Of a DNA stretch of 64,000 nt, positions 1 through 41,000 are shown in pieces (within the stretch, counting starts at the first letter, position 1; every line of letters begins with the position of its first letter). The notes beneath the pieces are model-generated. The model was not told where the DNA came from. It saw only the letters and a list, made by a program, of their open reading frames with translations, and did not search any database. Made by a program: the position numbers and the translations under genes. Source of the stretch: the human T2T-CHM13v2.0 reference genome, Homo sapiens; NCBI RefSeq assembly GCF_009914755.1, contig NC_060947.1; one strand, written 5' to 3'.

Positions 1-146
1 ACCTGGGAGGCGGAGGTTGCGGCGAGCCGAGATCGCGCCATTGCACTCCAGCCTGGGCAACAAGAGAGAAACTCCGTCTCAAAAAAAAAAAAAAAAAAAA
101 TCACACCACTGCACTCCAGCCTGGGTGACAGAGTGAGACTCTCTCT

Positions 147-207
<61 letters not shown>
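1..207 (+). mobile_element. Alu 3' end followed by a second Alu 3' fragment and long A/GAAAA tail
   Basis: Two successive CACTCCAGCCTGGG..GACTC..CTC-poly(A) ends, as expected for an Alu nested in an Alu. Confidence 0.9.
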
Positions 208-208
<1 letters not shown>

Positions 209-532
209 TCTAGAGACTAAACTTCTCTGATGATGAGTTCTTTGATGTTGCTAACTTTACTGAGTCACAATGTATTCAACACAATTGTGAGGCAGAGGAG
301 AAAATTTAGGATACCAGGTGGTCCCTCATGCTCAAGTTCAGCCTGCTATGGAAGCCTTCAATTAAATTTCTAACAGTCTTTCCAGACTTGAAAATACTCA
401 TTCATGCATGATATTTAACACTTTTTAAATAATGATTTGAGGTTGTATAGATGTTACAACTTTGGAAGATAACTCAGTTCAGTAAGAGTGGAAAAAAGTC
501 TTTGCTTTTGACATTATAAAAGTAGAAAAAAA

Positions 533-2852
<2,320 letters not shown>

Positions 2853-3432
2853 ATAGTCCTGAGCCACTGCACCTGGCCTCTCATGGGTTTCAAGAGCAGA
2901 GGAGACTGCACTCTTACTGATGGATCCAGTGAACAAAAGGTTGGAAACACTCTTCATTTTGATTATTTAGACTGTGGATCCAGCCATCAGTCCCATAAAT
3001 TTCTTTGGCACAGAGAGGGGAGATGGCTGTGACCATATCCATTGCCTCCCAGGTATGAGACACAGGTACTGGAAACTATTGATTCTAGTTAAAATGCCCC
3101 AATATACCTTAGGAAAGGTTAGAAAGGTGAGCCTGGTCTTAGTAAAAGAGGTTATTGGACTAGGAGCCGACAATGGTAATTTTTACATCAGGTGATAGAG
3201 ACTATGAAATGCAAGATGGCATCTAATGATGAACAGAAACAATAATGTCCTGGAAAAGGGGAAATTCAGTGAATTACCACATCCAAAGTGCAAGAAACCA
3301 ATAACAATGTAAAATGAAACAGTACTAGAGCAAAATGATATAAGCCATTCGTAAATTGATTGGGTAAAAATGATATATTATGATTGCCTGGAACTGTGGA
3401 TTCTGTTGGCTAAATTATAACCATAGAACGAA

Positions 3433-7133
<3,701 letters not shown>

Positions 7134-7204
7134 GAAGGTACTTCATGTGGATGAAGTTTTCAAAGTCATATTTTCTGTCATGTCTTCTGTTAAAACATGT
7201 TTTA

Positions 7205-7520
7205 TTAACAGTTAATTAATTAAATAATATTGAGTACTTTCCTGTCCCAGGCTTTTTGTCTAAGGCCTGAATAAGATGAATGAGATATGTTCTTTTCTTT
7301 GAGTTCTAGAGTAGTGTAGGACTCTAGAGGGACACAAACACCATGAAATAAAGTGTTTTGATGGAAGTTTATAGCAGGTAGGAGCACAAAGTCAGAAAGG
7401 GTACACTTGACAGTGGTGGAATGAGCGTGGGATGGGTAGGTGATGGTGAGCAAGGTCCTCGATGTGAAAGTGATGCTTTAGCTTTAGTTTTATTACAAGT
7501 TTGACTGGAAGTTAATAGGG
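7205..7520 (-). mobile_element. L2 3' fragment
   Basis: Degenerate resemblance to the antisense L2 3' end (ATATTGAGTACTTTCCTGTCCCAGGC...). Confidence 0.45.
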
Positions 7521-7622
7521 CCCAGAGAGGTTAAAACAAAATTCTGCAGATTTGTTCTTGTCCGGATTTCACCCGGGTTTGCTCTCTGGCTTAAAATCCT
7601 ATTTCAACAGCATGATATGTTT

Positions 7623-7680
7623 GTGCTCACTTTGGCAGCACATATTCACCCCACCCCGCCTCCCAAAAAATACAAACGAA
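7623..7680 (+). pseudogene. 3'-truncated U6 snRNA retro-fragment with short tail
   Basis: GTGCTCACTTTGGCAGCACATAT matches the U6 5' end (GTGCTCGCTTCGGCAGCACATAT) with two CpG transitions; flanked by direct repeat CATGATATGTT (7611-7621, 7682-7692). Confidence 0.75.
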
Positions 7681-7879
7681 CCATGATATGTTCATTAGAT
7701 TTCACAAAAGGGGCTCCTTGTAAGTCTTGACAGCTTATACTTAAAATGCATGTAACATATCACCAATAAAACAGCATCACCAATTTTTTCTATCACAGTG
7801 ATGGGAAAGAAAAAAATAATCCCGGACATGTAGGAGTTGGCGTGGCACTCACAGCTAGACTTTGTTGTTCTCCCGTGAG

Positions 7880-8100
7880 CATAAACAATTTCAAAGAGTA
7901 CCAACATCCGGCAAGGTCCCTCTGTGATGGTAATGAAGTGAGACAAAAAGGAGGACCACTGCATAATCATGTCTGAACACAGACAAAACACGTTCAAGCC
8001 ACAGAAATTAACAAATATCCCCCTCTCCTGGCTAATGTGAGTGATTGCTACTGCTTTTTGCTTTTATTACGAGGTGGGGGGCGAATTACAGCTTTAGCCT
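7880..8100 (+). mobile_element. ERV1 LTR fragment (MER89/MER90/MER110-like), related to 17200-18306
   Basis: GACCACTGCATAATCATGTCTGAACACAGACAAAAC...TGGCTAATGTGAGTGATTGCT aligns by eye with 17285-17392. Confidence 0.55.
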
Positions 8101-8250
8101 TAGTATAATCTAGCATGGTTTTATATCATTGACTGTAAATATTTCTTGTTTTTAGATATTTATGACTTACACCTTTTCTCCTTTAACAGTTATTCTTGAT
8201 TTTGCCTTTCCTGAATTCACGATCTAAATTCAAAATTATAAAACTATTAA

Positions 8251-8557
<307 letters not shown>

Positions 8558-8617
8558 AGATGTCTTTTATACCTAAACCATATTTTGGGTTCCTAAAATG
8601 TTCATCAGGTAATAATA

Positions 8618-9575
<958 letters not shown>

Positions 9576-9871
9576 ATTTGTTCCTCAATCCTATAAAAGA
9601 TAATAAGAGTAAATTTATCCAACTATTAAGTAAAAGCTGTTATGAGAGCTTTTCTCTGCTAAACTTAGTAATAATGGTGGTGGTAATAATGATAATAATA
9701 AACTTTACAAATCTAAAGAGTTTAACTTAAGTTAATCATACATAAAGAAAATATGGCCAGGCGCAGTGGCTCAGGCCTGTAATCCCAGCACTTTGGGAGG
9801 CTGAGGTGGGCGGATCACTTGACTCAGGAGTTTGAGATCAGCCTGGGCAACATGGCAAAACCCCATCTCTA

Positions 9872-10078
<207 letters not shown>

Positions 10079-10179
10079 TTAAATATTCCTTCCTTTACCA
10101 GAAAAAGTAAAACTCCATGGTGGCTTACCTCTTTTAGGAGATTATCTGAGTATCTGAGCCCTGGACAGATCTTCTAGAT

Positions 10180-10407
10180 CAGGGGTGTCCAATCTTTTGG
10201 ATTCCCTGGGCCACATTGGAAGAAGAATTGTCATGGGCCACACATAAAATACACTAACACTAATGATAGCTGATGAGCTTAAAAAAAAAAGCAAAAAAAA
10301 AACAAAATCTCATAATGTTTTAAGAAAGCTTACGAATTTGTGTTGGGCCACATTCAAAGCCATTCCAGGCCTCATGCAGCCCACAGGCCACGGGTTGGAG
10401 AAGCTTG
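10180..10407 (+). mobile_element. MER30 hAT-Charlie DNA transposon (MITE)
   Basis: CAGGGGTGTCCAATCTTTTGG...GGGTTGGAGAAGCTTG terminal inverted repeats and typical internal sequence. Confidence 0.85.
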
Positions 10408-10718
10408 ATCCAGAGACTTTCTTAAATAACCCTGATTTAATTGTATTCATTAATGGTTCAAACATAAAAAGTAAAACTAAAAATTGCTAAACAAGATAAC
10501 CCATCACAGACTTAAGTTTGTCCTTAAAATATAAGCTTCTCATAGAAACTAAATCAGTTCACATTTTGTATTATAAACATTTTACATTTTCTGCGTATTA
10601 TGATGTTTTGATATTTTTAAAAACCTTTCTGACTAGGGGGAGACTGCCCCTCCTGGGGCTAGCCAAGATTTAAAAATAACAAAGGCCCAGCCAGGAGCAT
10701 CTTTAATATGCAAACTAA

Positions 10719-12337
<1,619 letters not shown>

Positions 12338-12844
12338 CTAGGGCCAGGTACCAAGCAACTAGAAACCATCCTTATGTAGCCCAAAGCCCAAGGCAGTTAT
12401 TCAAACTAGCCAGTCATAAACTGTTCACCCTGCCCTGCATTGCCTATTGTATGGAAGTCCCAGTAAAGGTCATGGCCTAAATCCTCCCCTTGCTCGTGTC
12501 TTCTGCCTTCAGACCACCCTGATGTCTTTCCCATGTGGCCCTGCATGATGTACCTGGCCTCCTGTCTGTACAACCTGTGAGTAAATAAACTGTTTTATTT
12601 CTGAGCCTCTCTGACATCTCCTCCAGTGACCATACCTGAGGGATCATCTCATAAAAGAATTACAAGCCAGATGTGGTGGCAAGCATCTGTGGTCCCAGCT
12701 ACTTGGGAGGCTAAGGCGAGAGGATCACATGAGCCTAGGAGTTTGAGGCTGCAGTGAGCCATGATTTTGCCACTTCACTCCAGTCTGGGTGACAAAGCTA
12801 GACCTTGTCTCTGAAAAACAACAACTAATAATTTGCAAAACAGA

Positions 12845-15925
<3,081 letters not shown>

Positions 15926-15959
15926 TAGACTCATGAGTAAGCAAAAAACAAAAATGCAG

Positions 15960-16635
<676 letters not shown>

Positions 16636-16678
16636 TGAGACTGGGTCTCACTCTGTTGCCCAGGCCAGAATACAATAG

Positions 16679-16888
<210 letters not shown>

Positions 16889-17199
16889 TAGGACTACAGG
16901 CCTGAGCTGTCACCCCTAATCCCCTATCGGTTTTAAATGATATTCTGTGACCATTAACAAATCAGAGGATTCAACAATTTACCCCGCAACAAAAGGAGCA
17001 GGAGAAACTATCAATACTCCAAATTTAGATTACATTCTCTGCAAATAGTTTCTAAAGCAAAGTCTTGGCTATGGTGAAAATCTGGATATCAAGGATGAAG
17101 TTTCTGCAGGCTAACTGCATCTGCCCTTGGCCAAAAGGAAAACAGAGCAAGGCATCAGCCTTAGTGTTGCTGTCCCTGCATTCACACCTGGGCCATGGT

Positions 17200-18306
<1,107 letters not shown>

Positions 18307-18985
18307 ACTGACTTCATCTCCAGATTGTTCGCGTGGAGAGCAATGAGAAAATACACTGGAATTTTCACCCCTACTTACATGCCCAAAACTAGTCTCCTCC
18401 TCTCTACTTTGTCTTTTCTGACTTTGTCTTCTCAAAAGAGGAAAATAATTTTGCAGTATACCCACTTCACTCCTGGAAGGAGTTCAAAGTACTTAGCATG
18501 AAATTAATTATTGTAAAGGTTTAACTGTGAGTAATTGCCCTAAATGAAGTTTGGATTACTTCTTCTGTTTGAAATGACCTGTGTTCGGGAAGCTTGCTGA
18601 GGATTCCTAGAGACTTCCTTTGAAAAACATTTTCCTGTAAAAATGGAGTCTCTGTATTTTCCCTGTATTTCCATAAGAAGTCTCAGATTTCTTTCCTGAT
18701 TAGAGTGGTTTTCCTTAGAAGACTTAAGTGTGGAGAGAAGGTATAATAAGGACAGATATCACTATGGAAACAAGTTAGATAATCATAATTGTATTTGCTA
18801 ACATCATTATCAAAATAAGAATAAATTTGAAAAGATTCATACATGAAGAGGATCTTTCACCAAACTTGGTACATTCCTTTTGCTTTGTCTGGCTGGCTGT
18901 TGTTTTTGCTTTGTTTGGCTGGCTGGTGTTAACTACTTGGGGGTTTTCTGAGTCAGCGTCATGTTATACTCATGGTGAAGAGGTC

Positions 18986-19002
18986 CTGCCATCTAGTGGC
19001 CA
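18986..19002 (-). promoter_or_regulatory. Strong CTCF consensus match in unique sequence
   Basis: Minus strand TGGCCACTAGATGGCAG fits CCASYAGRKGGCRS with no mismatch; binding not shown. Confidence 0.65.
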
Positions 19003-19655
19003 AATTGCAAAGTGCTACTAGCTTATTTAAAATTGAACCCAGTGTTCAAGGAGCCCAGCAGGTACACCGCACTCCTTGGGCTTCCATGAAATACGAACAA
19101 AGCCTCAGCTATTTCAAGATGCAAGGAATCCTTTAAACTTTTGGGAAACAGTCTGTCTTTTGTGGGAAAACAAAGTCTTCATTTGGGAAGGACTGATTTG
19201 ACCTTGAAGCTGAGGTCACTTTGACCCTATCTATATATGTTTGTGAGTCTCTGTTCTGAAACCAGGAGGGGATATATTTAGGCAGCAGGATTCTGGGAGC
19301 ACAACAGGTGAGAATGTGGATTTTAGGAACAGTCCTTGCCAGCCTGGGTTTCCACTACACCCTGCAAAGGTGCAGCTGAATTTGGAGTGGTTAGGGTTTG
19401 TGTTCCAGAGGGCCAGAGATAATTGTGGAGTTCCAGGGGATGCAGGGCCCAGAGAGGTGAGCTTGATGACTGAGCTTAGGGCTAGGAAGATCAAAATGTG
19501 TCAGCAGGCCAGGAGCTGGGGCCATGAGGGAAACTAATCCTCAGGGCTCTGAACAGGAGCTAAATTGGAGAGAACAGGAGCAAATTATAAACCAGGTCAG
19601 GATGGTCCTGGCCTCTAGCTGAGAAAAGAATTGGAGTATACTGAGCTTGCCTTTA

Positions 19656-21145
<1,490 letters not shown>

Positions 21146-21146
21146 A

Positions 21147-22270
<1,124 letters not shown>

Positions 22271-22326
22271 GATTAAGACAACCCCCTAAGGTGAAATTTA
22301 AAAATCCATTTATATAACACAGAGAG

Positions 22327-25185
<2,859 letters not shown>

Positions 25186-25821
25186 GGAGAAAGAGAAGAG
25201 GGAGCATGAGAGGTGGTGACAACCCAGAATAATGGGACACTATCAACAACCATCCTAGTTCTGTGGCAGAATGGGCAAACCATGAAGAGTAGGGGTTACT
25301 ATAGCCTTCCAGTGTCCTGTTCTAAGAATAGAACAGGATGTCATTTTGTAAAGAGTGGCTCTGTGTCCCTAGTCAACAAGAGTGACACAGTGGATTTTCT
25401 AGGGGGAAGATGGGCTGTAATTTCTAAGAGCTCTGCTGTTTGGCCTGAAGGGACTAACTTTATTTGTTTGTTTGTTTGTTTGTTTATTTATTTAGAGACA
25501 GGGTCTCCCTCTGTCATCCAGGCTGGAGTGCAGTGGCATGATCACGGCTCACAGCTTACTGCTCAAGCGATCTTCCTGCCTCAGTCCCCGAAGTGCTAGG
25601 GTTACAGGCATGAGCCTGTATAACTAACTAACTTTATTTAGAATAGAGAGTGGTGAAATCTGTGACCAGTAGAGGTCTTGGAGAATACTTAGAGAAAACC
25701 AAGAAAAGAGACAGCCAGAAAGAACCCTCTGGATCACAGTCCAGAGGTTTGGGGAACTCTGTGTACAACAGGGATGGCTGTAGCCAATCAAGAGTGAACC
25801 TTAGCCGGGTGTGGTGGCTCA

Positions 25822-26087
<266 letters not shown>

Positions 26088-26631
26088 TCAAAAAAAAAAA
26101 AAAAAAAGAGTGAGCCTTAGAGCAAGACATAGGCAAGACATAAAAGCATTTTCCAAGCCATGCACAGAGTCAACACAGAACAGAAGCTTCATTGGCATGA
26201 GGGGTTTAAACACAAAACTCTGACCAAACACTGAACAATAAGCTGCTCTGACTCAGGGGTGACTCCTAGGAAATCAAACATAAAAACAATATCACAAATA
26301 CCAAAAGCACAATCAATAAAAGATAAAATATATATACTGAAACACATCAGCCAACAGGAGAATAGACAAGTACATTGTGGCATTGTTATACAGTAGAGTA
26401 TGCTCAACATACATAATTCTCAAAAACATAATTAATCAAGAAAAGTTGGAGAACAATGTACATAGCATAATACTGATTTTATAATGTTTAAAAATATGCA
26501 TAGCAATGCAACATGTGACTTACAAATTCATACTAGGTAGCAATCACATGAACAATACACTTGAGAAAAGTACCCGTTCAGGTGATCGTAGCTGCCTCCA
26601 GGAAGGAAAAAATAAAGAAAATGGAAAATCT

Positions 26632-26633
<2 letters not shown>

Positions 26634-26696
<63 letters not shown>

Positions 26697-28279
26697 ACTA
26701 TATATATATGTGTGTGTGTGTACTATATATATGTACTATATATGTGTACTATATATGTGTGTGTGTACTATATATGTACTATATATATGTACTATATATA
26801 TATACTGAATATATATGTACCATATATACTGAATATATATGTACTATATATATACTGAATATATATATATACTATATATATACTGAATATATATATATAC
26901 TATATATATACTGAATATATATAGTATATATACTGAATATATATATACTATATATACACTGAATATATATAGTATATATACTGAATATATATATACTATA
27001 TATATACTGAATATATATACTATATATATACTGAATATATATATACTATATATATACTGAATATATATATACTATATATATACTGAATATATATATACTA
27101 TATATATGCTGAATATATATATACTATATATATGCTGAATATATATATACTATATATATGCTGAATATATATATACTATATATATGCTGAATATATATAT
27201 ACTATATATATGCTGAATATATATATACTATATATATGCTGAATTTATATACTATATATACTGAATATATATACTATATATACTGAATATATATATACTA
27301 TATATATACTGAATATATATACTATATATATACTGAATATATATACTATATATATACTGAATATATATATACTATATATATACTGAATATATATATACTA
27401 TATATATACTGAATATATATATACTATATATATACTGAATATATATATATACTATATATATACTGAATATATATATATACTATATATATACTGAATATAT
27501 ATATATACTATATATATACTGAATATATATATACTATATATATACTGAATATATATATACTATATATATACTGAATATATATATACTATATATATACTGA
27601 ATATATATATACTATATATATACTGAATATATATATACTATATATATACTGAATATATATATACTATATATATACTGAATATATATATACTATATATATA
27701 CTGAATATATATATACTATATATATACTGAATATATATATACTATATATATACTGAATATATATATACTATATATATACTGAATATATATATACTATATA
27801 TATACTGAATATATATATACTATATATACTGAATATATATATAGTATATATATACTGAATATATATAGTATATATATACTGAATATATATATAGTATATA
27901 TATACTGAATATATATACTATATATATACTGAATATATATATATACTATATATATACTGAATATATATATACTATATATATACTGAATATATATATACTA
28001 TATATATACTGAATATATATATACTATATATACTGAATATATATATACTATATATATACTGAATATATATATACTATATATATACTGAATATATATATAT
28101 ACTATATATATACTGAATATATATATATACTATATATATACTGAATATATATATATACTATATATATACTGAATATATATATATATACTATATATATACT
28201 GAATATATATATATATACTATATATATACTGAATATATATATATACTATATATATACTGAATATATATATATATATATA
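26634..28279. repeat. TA-rich minisatellite (~1.65 kb; unit ~22-28 bp, TACTGAA(TA)nC(TA)m)
   Basis: Seen directly; begins as (TA)n(TG)n. Confidence 0.97.
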
Positions 28280-29850
<1,571 letters not shown>

Positions 29851-29939
29851 TCCAGAATAGGCAAATCTGTAGAGACACAAGGAAATTAATGGTTGTCTAG
29901 GGCTGTTGAGGGTGGCAGTAGGGGGCAATAGCAAAAGGG

Positions 29940-30800
29940 TATTATATTGTGAAATATAAATATTTAGTCTTCGCTGGGCACGGTGGCTCACGCCTGTAAT
30001 CACAGCACTTTGGGAGGCCGAGACGGACGGATCACGAGGTCAGGAGATCAAGACCATCCTGGCTAACACGGTGAAACCCCGTCTCTACTAAAAATACACA
30101 AAATTAGCCGGGCATGGTGGCATGCACCTGTAGTCCCAGCTACTCAGGAGGCTGAGCCAGGAGAATCACTTGAACACAGGAGGCGGAGGTTGCAGTGAGC
30201 CAAGATCGTGCCGCTGCACTCCAGCCTGGGCAGCAGAGCAAGACTCCATCTAAAAAATATATAATTAAATAAAAAATAAAAAAAGTAATTAAAAAAACTT
30301 AGTCTTCAAGTCCTGGTTTCCTAAAACGGCACCTAAAACCCTTCAAATCTCCAGAGTGATAAGAATGTCTTTTGTATGCTAATGAGATGACTGGTGGCAG
30401 CCCCTATGTAGCTGCAGAGTGGGAGCTGGTCACTGGAAAGACCAAGCATGATTAGAGGGTTGAGACTTTCAGCCCCACTTCCCAAACTTCAGGGAGGTAA
30501 CAGGGGTTAAAGGTTGACTTCATAACCAATGGCTGTTGATTTCATCAATCATGCCTATGAAATGAAGCTTCTATAAAAGCCTAAAAGGACAAGGTTTGGG
30601 ACCGTTTCCAGATAGCCTAACACATCTAGGTTCCTGGAGGGTGCCAGGAGAAGGCACAGAAGTTCCACACCCCTTTTCACATACTTTGCCCTGTGCATCT
30701 TTTCCATCTGGCTGTTCATCAGTATCCTTTGTAAAACGCTTTCTAATAAATGAGTAAATGTAAGTAAAGTGTTTTCCTGAGTTTTGTGAGCCATTCTATC
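29940..30800 (+). mobile_element. MER21-family LTR with Alu insertion (29972-30297)
   Basis: TATTGTGAAATAT..TTAGTCTTC (TSD) ..TTGTATGCTAATGAGATGACTGGTGG..CATGATTAGAGGGTTG..GTAAAGTGTTTTCCTGAGTT. Confidence 0.8.
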
Positions 30801-30818
30801 AGGCCAGTATAACCCTCA

Positions 30819-36221
<5,403 letters not shown>

Positions 36222-36289
36222 TTATCATGGACATTTTAACTGTTTTGTGCTGAAATTCAGATCTTAAAAATAAACATGGTTTTTACATG

Positions 36290-37710
36290 TTTTATGCCAT
36301 ACATACACAAAGTCCTGGAAACAACCCAAATGTCCAGGAACTGATGAATGAATTAGCAAACTGTCACATATCCATACAATATAATACTCATCAACAACAA
36401 AAATGAACCACTGATACATACAACAATATGGATGAGTCTCAGAAGCATGGTGCTGAGTGAAAGAAGTCAGAAACAAATGGATCATTATTCTACGATCCCA
36501 AGTATATGATACTATAAAAAACCAACACTATATGCATAGAAATTAGATCAATGGTTGCCAGGGGCTGGAAGTAGGTTGAAGGCATTGAAATACAAAGAAA
36601 CCCAATGCAACTTTCTGGGGTCATAGTATGGCATGAGACCACCACTTCTCGTGTTGTCTTTCCCAGTTTCTCCCCAACCTCCCCTTTTCCCTAGTTTATA
36701 AGACAGGAGAAAAGGGAGAAAGCAAAAAGTTGGAAAGAAACAGAAGTAAGATAAATAGCTAGATGACCTTGGCGCCACCACCTGGCCCTGGTGTTTAAAA
36801 TAATAATAATAATAATATTAACCCCTGACCAAAACTACTGGTGTTATCTGTAAATTCCAGACATTGTATGAGAAAGCACTGTAAAACTTTTTGTTCTGTT
36901 AGCTGATATATGTAGCCCCCAGTCACATTCCTCACACTTACTTGATCTATTATGACTCTTTCACGTAGACTCCTTAGAGTTGTAAGGCCTTAAAAGGGCT
37001 AGGAATTTCTTTTTCGGGGAGCTCGGCTCTTAAGACGCGAGTCTGCCGACGCTCCCGGACAAATAAAAAACCTCTTCCTTCTTTAATCCGGTGTCTGAGG
37101 AGTTTTTCTGCAACTCATCCTGCTACAATAGAAAGATTCCATATCTTGATTGTGATGGTAGATAAATGACTATATGTATTTGTCAAAATTCATACAACTC
37201 TGTACACCTTCAAAGTGAATTTGACAATAGGTGAATTATACCTCAACAGAAATAAAAGCATATGTTCACACAACATGTGTTCCCACACACAAAGGTACCT
37301 AACAGCTTTATTTGTAATGATCAAAAACTGGAAATACCTCAAATGTCCATCAACAGGAAAACAGACAAACTGTGGCATATCTATATAATGGAACACCACT
37401 CAGCAACAAAAGAAATGAATCATTGATGCACTCATGGATGAATAACAGAATAACTATTCCAAGTGAAACAAGCCAGACAAAAAAAAATCACACTCTATAT
37501 CATTCCATTTATTTGAAACTCCAAAAACCTATTAAATTTTTTATAGTGATATACAGCAAATCAATGACTGCCAGGGGATGGCAGGGCAGGGAATGGTATG
37601 AGGGGAGGATTACAAAGGGGAAGGAGTAGTTTCTGAGGTGTTGGATATTTTCAGTATCTTGACATGGTGACAGTATCACAGATGTATACATACATAAAAA
37701 TGTATCAGAT
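36290..37710 (+). mobile_element. L1M (L1MC/ME-like) 3' end fragments
   Basis: CTGGAAACAACCCAAATGTCC, GCTGAGTGAAAGAAGTCAG, ATCTTGATTGTGATGGT motifs. Confidence 0.75.
36627..37127 (+). mobile_element. LTR2-family (HERV-E/Harlequin group) solo LTR inserted in an L1M 3' end
   Basis: TATGGCATGAGACCACC...AATAAAAAACCTCTTCCTTCTTTAATCCGGTGTCTGAGG...CCTGCTACA; perfect 4-bp TSD ATAG (36623-36626, 37128-37131). Confidence 0.8.
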
Positions 37711-37834
37711 TAGAGCGGGGCACGGTGGCTCATGCCTGTAATCCCAGCACTTTGGGAGGCCAAGGCGGACAGATCACCTGAGGTTGGGAGTTCAAGACCA
37801 GCCTGACCAACATGGAGAAACCCCATCTCTACTA

Positions 37835-38014
<180 letters not shown>

Positions 38015-41000
38015 TCAAATTACACACGTCATTCTATTATTTATAAATTTATTTTTATAGAGTTACTTATAAATAACTTCATTGTATTTTACAGTATGTA
38101 TGATTATATCATAAAAAAATATATATACACACACACACATTTATATTATTTTATTTAGAGACAGGGTTTCGCCATGTTGTTCAGGCTGGTCTGTAATTCC
38201 TGGGCTCAAGCGATCCACCCCCCTCAGCCTCCCAAAGTGCTGGGATTACAGGCGTGATCCACCATGCCTGGTCCAACATATTTCTTGAACTACTTCTCAA
38301 CTGATAGATATTTCACTTGTTTACAGTGCTTCACTATAATGCTACAAAAAATATCCTGTGGTTATGTTTTGGGTCCAGAAATATAAAGTACTGTATAACT
38401 GAAACAATATTAAAAACTCTTACAAAAGAGAAAGAGTAAAATATGTGGTAAGAGTAGATTATTAAGTAAAACAATAATATCTAATATATAGGATGCTTTA
38501 CCTTTTATGAACTTTCCTCTGCTGTTTTTGTTCACTTTCTTCAACTTTTGCTGAGTCCACGCAAGAATTATTAAGATTAAACAAAAGCAATGAGAAATTA
38601 TGTCACCTCCTTTAGGCAAAGGTGGCTGCCAGCCGATAACTCTACTATGCAGGCTATTATTTTTATGTAATTGCCAATAAAGAGAAATTGACCTATACCA
38701 CATATAAAACATAAGCTACCATATATTCTTTCTTAGATAACTTACTGAATAGAGATTGTCAAGACCAAGCATCCGTGAATGTATTTGACCACATTATCAC
38801 TATTTTAAAATGATTTAACGTATGTTAAACTTTTATGATTATAGAATTCTTTAAAATTTCTTTTATAATTTATTATGGGTGACTCCATGTTTAAAATGGT
38901 TTAAAGATTCCATGTTTAAAATGGTTAAGACTCAAATGACCCTGAAACTAAAAGCAATGAGAAGAGGATACACAATAACACTCATTAACTCAGGATTCCT
39001 AGTGAAAGATTTTGCTTACATAACATTGGATCGAGGTAGAAAGTATACGCATATAATGAAAGGAACTCAGGAACATTCAAATCGTCCAGGTGGATGCTTT
39101 TTCTTTCAATATATCTATAATTGCCTTAATAATAATTTAGTCCTGGTTAAACATAAACATGACATAGTATGACATAAATAATCTCTTTGGAGCAATAATG
39201 TAGGTTTCATCACTGTGCATACATAGGGATCCAGAACATTGGAATGTGATGGATATGTCTGCTATATTCATTGCACTGATTCTTTCACAGCTGTCACCTA
39301 TGGCAATATTTATCAAATAGTACACTTTAAATAAGGGCAGATTCTTGTCTGTCAATTATACCTGCACTACTACAGCTTACAAAAAAAAAGAAAATCTGCG
39401 TGGCTGGGGCAAACAACTAAGTAGAAGAGCAGTAAATGATGAGGGCAGAGTAACCACATCTTGTTGACAACGAGTTGTGGCTGGTTCTTATTTTAATTCT
39501 AATTTTAAGGGAAAGCCCTGGAGAGTTTTAGGCAGGGGCCTGATATGATCCGAATGTTGGAAGACACAAGAATCACATATATGTATGAAATTGGAAAACA
39601 CTGAGCTCTTTGGAGAGGTCCATAGGTGTCCTTGAGGTTCCTGAATTTGTGTGTACGTGCACATCTGCTTTTTATAAAAATTCCCATACCATTCACCAGC
39701 TTCTCAAAAAGGTCCTTGAAAATAAAATATTGGCCAGGAGCGGTGACTCACGCCTGTAATCCTAGCACTTTGGAAGGCCAAGACAGACGAATAGCCTGAG
39801 GTCAGGAGTTCAAGACCAGCCTGGCCAACATGGTAAAACCCTGTCTCTACTAAAAATACAAAAATTAGCCGGGTGTGGTGGCAGGCACCTGTAATCCCAG
39901 CTACTCAGGAGGCTGAGGAAGAGAATCGCTTGAACCCAGGAGGTGGAGGTTGCAGTGAGCCGAGATTGTGCCACTGCACTTCAGCCTGGACAACACAGTG
40001 AGACTATGTCTCAAAAAAAAAAAAAAAGAGAGAAAAAGAAAATATTAAGAACCACTCATTTATTGGACCATCATTTTAGTTGAGGAAATTGAAACCTAGA
40101 GAAGTAAAATGATTGGTTCAAAACCAGGGTGACAAGTTGATGAAGTCATAATAGGTTTATGATGCTGATCACCCTCTCTCACCTGGTCCCCTTATCTCTC
40201 CCTGCCCCCAATACTTTTGATAAATAAAACATAATCATAAGGACCTGGTACACAGCACAACAAGCCAATGTCTGCTGAACCTTGGCTTCAGGATTTGCCC
40301 AAGTTACCAAGAGAGTGTGTGTGCTGATCCATTCAAGATTGGAAGCCAATAGAAAGGTTTGAAAGTACTCTAATGACTTTCTCATGAAATGCATATAACT
40401 TTCTAAATTGCCCACAGTAAGCATGTATTATTAAAACCACAAAGAAGAATACATCATAAATAATAAACTATTTACCTTTGATTGTTACTGTGAGCCTACT
40501 CTGTGCTATGGAGAAAAGAATAATATATAATTGGCATGCTACAGATGTAGTTTTCTTTCTTGAAATGCACCACAAATAAGTTTATGCTGGATCATTTCCA
40601 ACAGCAATTTCAGTAAGGTGTAAATAAAACTGCTTAACCAGAAGGCCACACAGCAGAGTGCACCTCACATGGGAAGGTTCACACAGCCTTCAGAGATCCC
40701 AGTGTAGAATGCCAGGAGGGTCCTTTTTTCAGTAATCCAAGGGGACAGACAGGATCACCTCAAATTGTTTCCCAGCTCTACAGTTTATAGAAATATCAGG
40801 CTATTTTGATAGCCTTGCAAGGTCCCAGGTTACTAAAATAACCCTGCCTTTCATTGCTCAATGTTGACCATTGAGAACATGGCTATGATGCAAGCCAAAG
40901 CCTAATGAACATACGGTTTCTACCAAACCTCCATGGTACCAGTACAAACTGGATGAAAACATTTCAGAAAGTTATACTTCCAAATATCAAGGCATTTAAA

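Noticed and set aside
26634-28279. CRISPR-like regular repeat
   Set aside because: No unique spacers; eukaryotic simple-sequence minisatellite.
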